Part shown: positions 61,041 through 64,000 of the stretch, piece after piece
Numbering within the stretch: the first letter of the stretch is position 1
Layout of the letters: each line of letters opens with the position of its first letter
Source: Camelus dromedarius
Lineage: Eukaryota
Length of the DNA: 64,000 bases
Assembly (NCBI RefSeq): GCF_036321535.1
Contig: NC_087438.1
Coordinates: 3,908,001-3,972,000, forward strand
Direction of reading: 5' to 3'
Translations under genes and position numbers: made by a program
The notes under the pieces: model-generated
The model's input: only the letters and a program-made list of their open reading frames with translations
Told to the model about the DNA's origin: nothing
The model's database searches: none

Positions 61041-64000
61041 CCTCCCACGTTAACAGCAGGCACAAACTAGTATATAATTTAAGAAGTGCAATGTATTATG
61101 CAAGAAATACAGAAATGCAATAAATTTTAAAAAACAGTTTGCTTTTTTTCTTCTAACACTTGACTCTTAGCGCAGAAGTTGGGGTACCCAGGCCTCCTGT
61201 TGGTGGGGCAGCAGGAGGAGGTTTCAGCTACAGCTTTAACATTTCACGTCTTTAAATAGATTGTAATTGAATAGTGTACACACGCCAACTAGTAATTATA
61301 AATGGTAGGAATACGGGATTTTGTTTTCCTACTCTTGGTAGTTATTGCTATTTAAAATTTTGCTTAATAAAATTAATTTATAAAAGGATCTCTAGTAAAA
61401 CAATGTCACATTGGCATGGCTTGTCTAAGCCTGTCCTTCAATCACATGTCTCTATGCGTTAAGCTTTCATGCTTTTGATCTTGCAGTCATCTTCAATAAA
61501 ACTTCAAAGTCACGTTGGCGCCATTGAAACTGTTCAGCAGGCCTGCGAGAAACGAAGACGCAATTGGAGTCCCGGGGCTTTAAAGTGTGTTTAGCTTTGA
61601 TAATATCTCATGTTCATATGAATCCTTTCATCACCAGAATATTAAGCTCTACACACATGTTAGCTCAAGGGTCCCCACGGTCCCCTGTGAGGCGGATATT
61701 GGCTGGTGTTGTTTAGAAAAATCCAAACGATGATAAATTTAAATGCTACAAGTCCCAAAGAGGCAGGATCAAAGTACTGGTTTCATGATTTCCAGAATAT
61801 GTAGCTGTGTAATTTGGGTTAATTCTCCTCTCTTCATTCATGGTTCCATGCCTGTCTTCTTAATTGTGCGTGCGCAATGTCCCAAGTCATAGTGCCATGA
61901 TCATCTTTTATGGTTCTTTCCCCTATTCCTAACTTTTCTTTTTTGGAAAGCATATCTAGAATCTTTTCTAAGTTTCAGTATTTTATTATAACAGTTTCAT
62001 TAGCATAGCAACAAGTTGCCTCTGCCTGTTTTTCTTTTTTTCCATCCTGCCATTAATTTCCCTAGAACAAAAAAAAAAAAAAAAACAACCAAACTTCCCT
62101 TTTGTAATGCAGGTGCATTGGAATCTGCTGTAACTTTCGGTAGGTTGCCACAGAGAGATGTAAGATCTCCTGCCCAAACAACTGCTTGTGTGCCTGGGAA
62201 CTGGGAGTGGAGGAAGCAATGATTCGCCATGCAGATTAACTGTATCCAAGACTGGAATCCATGGGTTATATGCCATCTTCCTTTTCCCTTTGTAGATTGT
62301 AGACTTGGCTAAACGAGTCCCCAAGGCTTGTCTGAGTACAGATGCCCCAGGAGTATTCCTCTCGTGCATTAACTTAGAGCCTAAAAAAGATCCATGACAT
62401 TATTTATCAACTTCCATTTCAAAGTGGAGAATGTTCATAGATTCCATGTTAGGGATGAGAAGTGGGTGAAGAAGAAGCAGGATGTGATGGAGGTGTTCTG
62501 AAGACGCTCTGGATGGCAGATGTTCGTATGCCCTTGCGTGTCTCCCCCTTTGGAGCTGTTTCCTTTTGGTTAAAGAGGCTGGTAGCTGCTCCTTGGCCAT
62601 ATGTGCTTGTCCTTTTGTAGGTCAAAGGCCACGTGTCATCTCGGAGAATCAGCATCTCATGGTGGCTGGATGGAGGCAGAAGGGAAAACTGTGACCAACA
62701 CCGGAGCGTAGTTGGCCAGCCTCTCACTGACCGCTCCCTTGTCTCTGGGAAGGGTCAGACTTTATGAAAGGGATCCTTCATAAATATTTGGTGAGTGAGT
62801 GTTTGAGAAGCCAAAATAATCCTATAAATGTTTCCTGCAACTTCCCAGGAATTTCATGCAGAAGGTGCGTGCGTGGTCCAGTGATTTGCTTTCTTGCATG
62901 CCAGCTCTTCACTCTAACAGCTGTGATTTTCATGGTCTCTAAGCCAGGCTGCAGGCAGATAAATAGATCCAGCTCAGGCAGAACTCTAAGCAAAACCAAA
63001 TAAACCGTTCTGGACCTGGAGAGTCATTTTGTATGGAAATTTGAGCAGCCAGCCGGCTGTCCTGGAGATCAGCAAGCAGCCTTCTGATGCACAGTGTCGC
63101 TGGAACAGCCGGGTAGGCCCGGGTGAAATGAGCTCTGGGTTATCCTGTTTGATCCATCAAGCTTTTAAACCGCACCAGTGCAGAGCTGAACGAGGCTCAC
63201 CAACAACTCAGCCGTGCTTTTATCAATGTCATGTGCATCAGCAGATGATCCCCAAGCACTGAGCCTTTGCAACATACCATGTAACATACCTTTGTAACAC
63301 ACTCCTCCCCTGTGCTGCATATGTGCTGTAAAACTGAGCATGTGGCATCTGCTAAACAGTGTGTGGCTCATGCACGAACAGCCTTGAATAAATAAGTGAA
63401 GGCTGCACCAGCTTCCTTCTGTTTGCAATTTAGTGGATGTGCTTTTCTGCAGCAACCTAGGAGTCGGTCCCGGGGTGGGGAATTGCGCTCAGGTGTTCTC
63501 CAGACTGCACATGGCCCCATGGCTGGAGGACCAGGCCCCATTGGGTACAAATGTGGGTTCGCCTCGATGTGAGCGAGATGTGTCTTCAACTGCATGCACT
63601 CCCTTTGTAGGTGAACCTCTCGTGATGGAAGCAGACGTATCTTCCATGCATTATTTACACATAAGGATGAAAACTGGGAAAAACATAGAAGAGACAGTTT
63701 GAAGACCACGATGCCAAGGAGTCTTATGACTGCTTCTGTTTCATGCTAGGAGGGAGCAAACAGGTTGGACTATCAGGCTGAGCATCTCCAAGTTTTGGTC
63801 CCAGACACTAGTTACTAAGGGGGTACATTTGAACCTGACTCTCCCTCGTACTGTCCCCAAGTCAAAGGCCTCTGGGTGCTGCATCTGTCAGCCCTCCAAG
63901 CCACTTCTGCCCTGCAAATCCGGTCAATGCTGGCAAAGGAGAGCTGAGAATTTGCTGATGTGGCCTATGGCATCACTAGCACTGTCTGTGTGTGCGTGTG

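Noticed and set aside
1..64000. CRISPR arrays, tRNA/rRNA/snRNA genes, known miRNAs, operon-like systems
   Set aside because: None seen. The sequence is mammalian, the tandem repeats are simple microsatellites without spacers, and I recognised no structural RNA consensus.

Overview
Eutherian mammalian non-coding genomic DNA, most likely a camelid (camel or alpaca type). That assignment rests on a low-divergence L1 3' end of the cetartiodactyl/camelid type, a MER41-like LTR, and no recognisable Alu, B1/B2, BovA/BovB or PRE-1 SINEs. I cannot identify any known protein-coding gene, RNA gene or prokaryote-type system. The ORF track is mostly chance ORFs in GC-rich or microsatellite sequence. The window is dominated by ancient interspersed repeats (L2, MIR, L1M, HAL1-like, MaLR/ERVL/ERV1 solo LTRs, MER53) and microsatellites, with one CpG island at about 47.4-48.1 kb. 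The best-supported structural observations are a twin-primed 5'-inverted L1 with a degenerate TSD, a MER41-like LTR nested in a MER31 LTR with an intact TSD, and a HAL1-like element splitting an L1 ORF2. The most speculative but most interesting observation is a set of phase-compatible minus-strand candidate exons starting in the CpG island. They could encode a 105-aa hydrophobic, Tyr-rich microprotein or be a decayed secreted-protein gene. There is also a well-formed 9-nt microexon candidate on the same strand. Repeat family names come from recalled consensus sequences, not from a database search, and most repeat boundaries are approximate.
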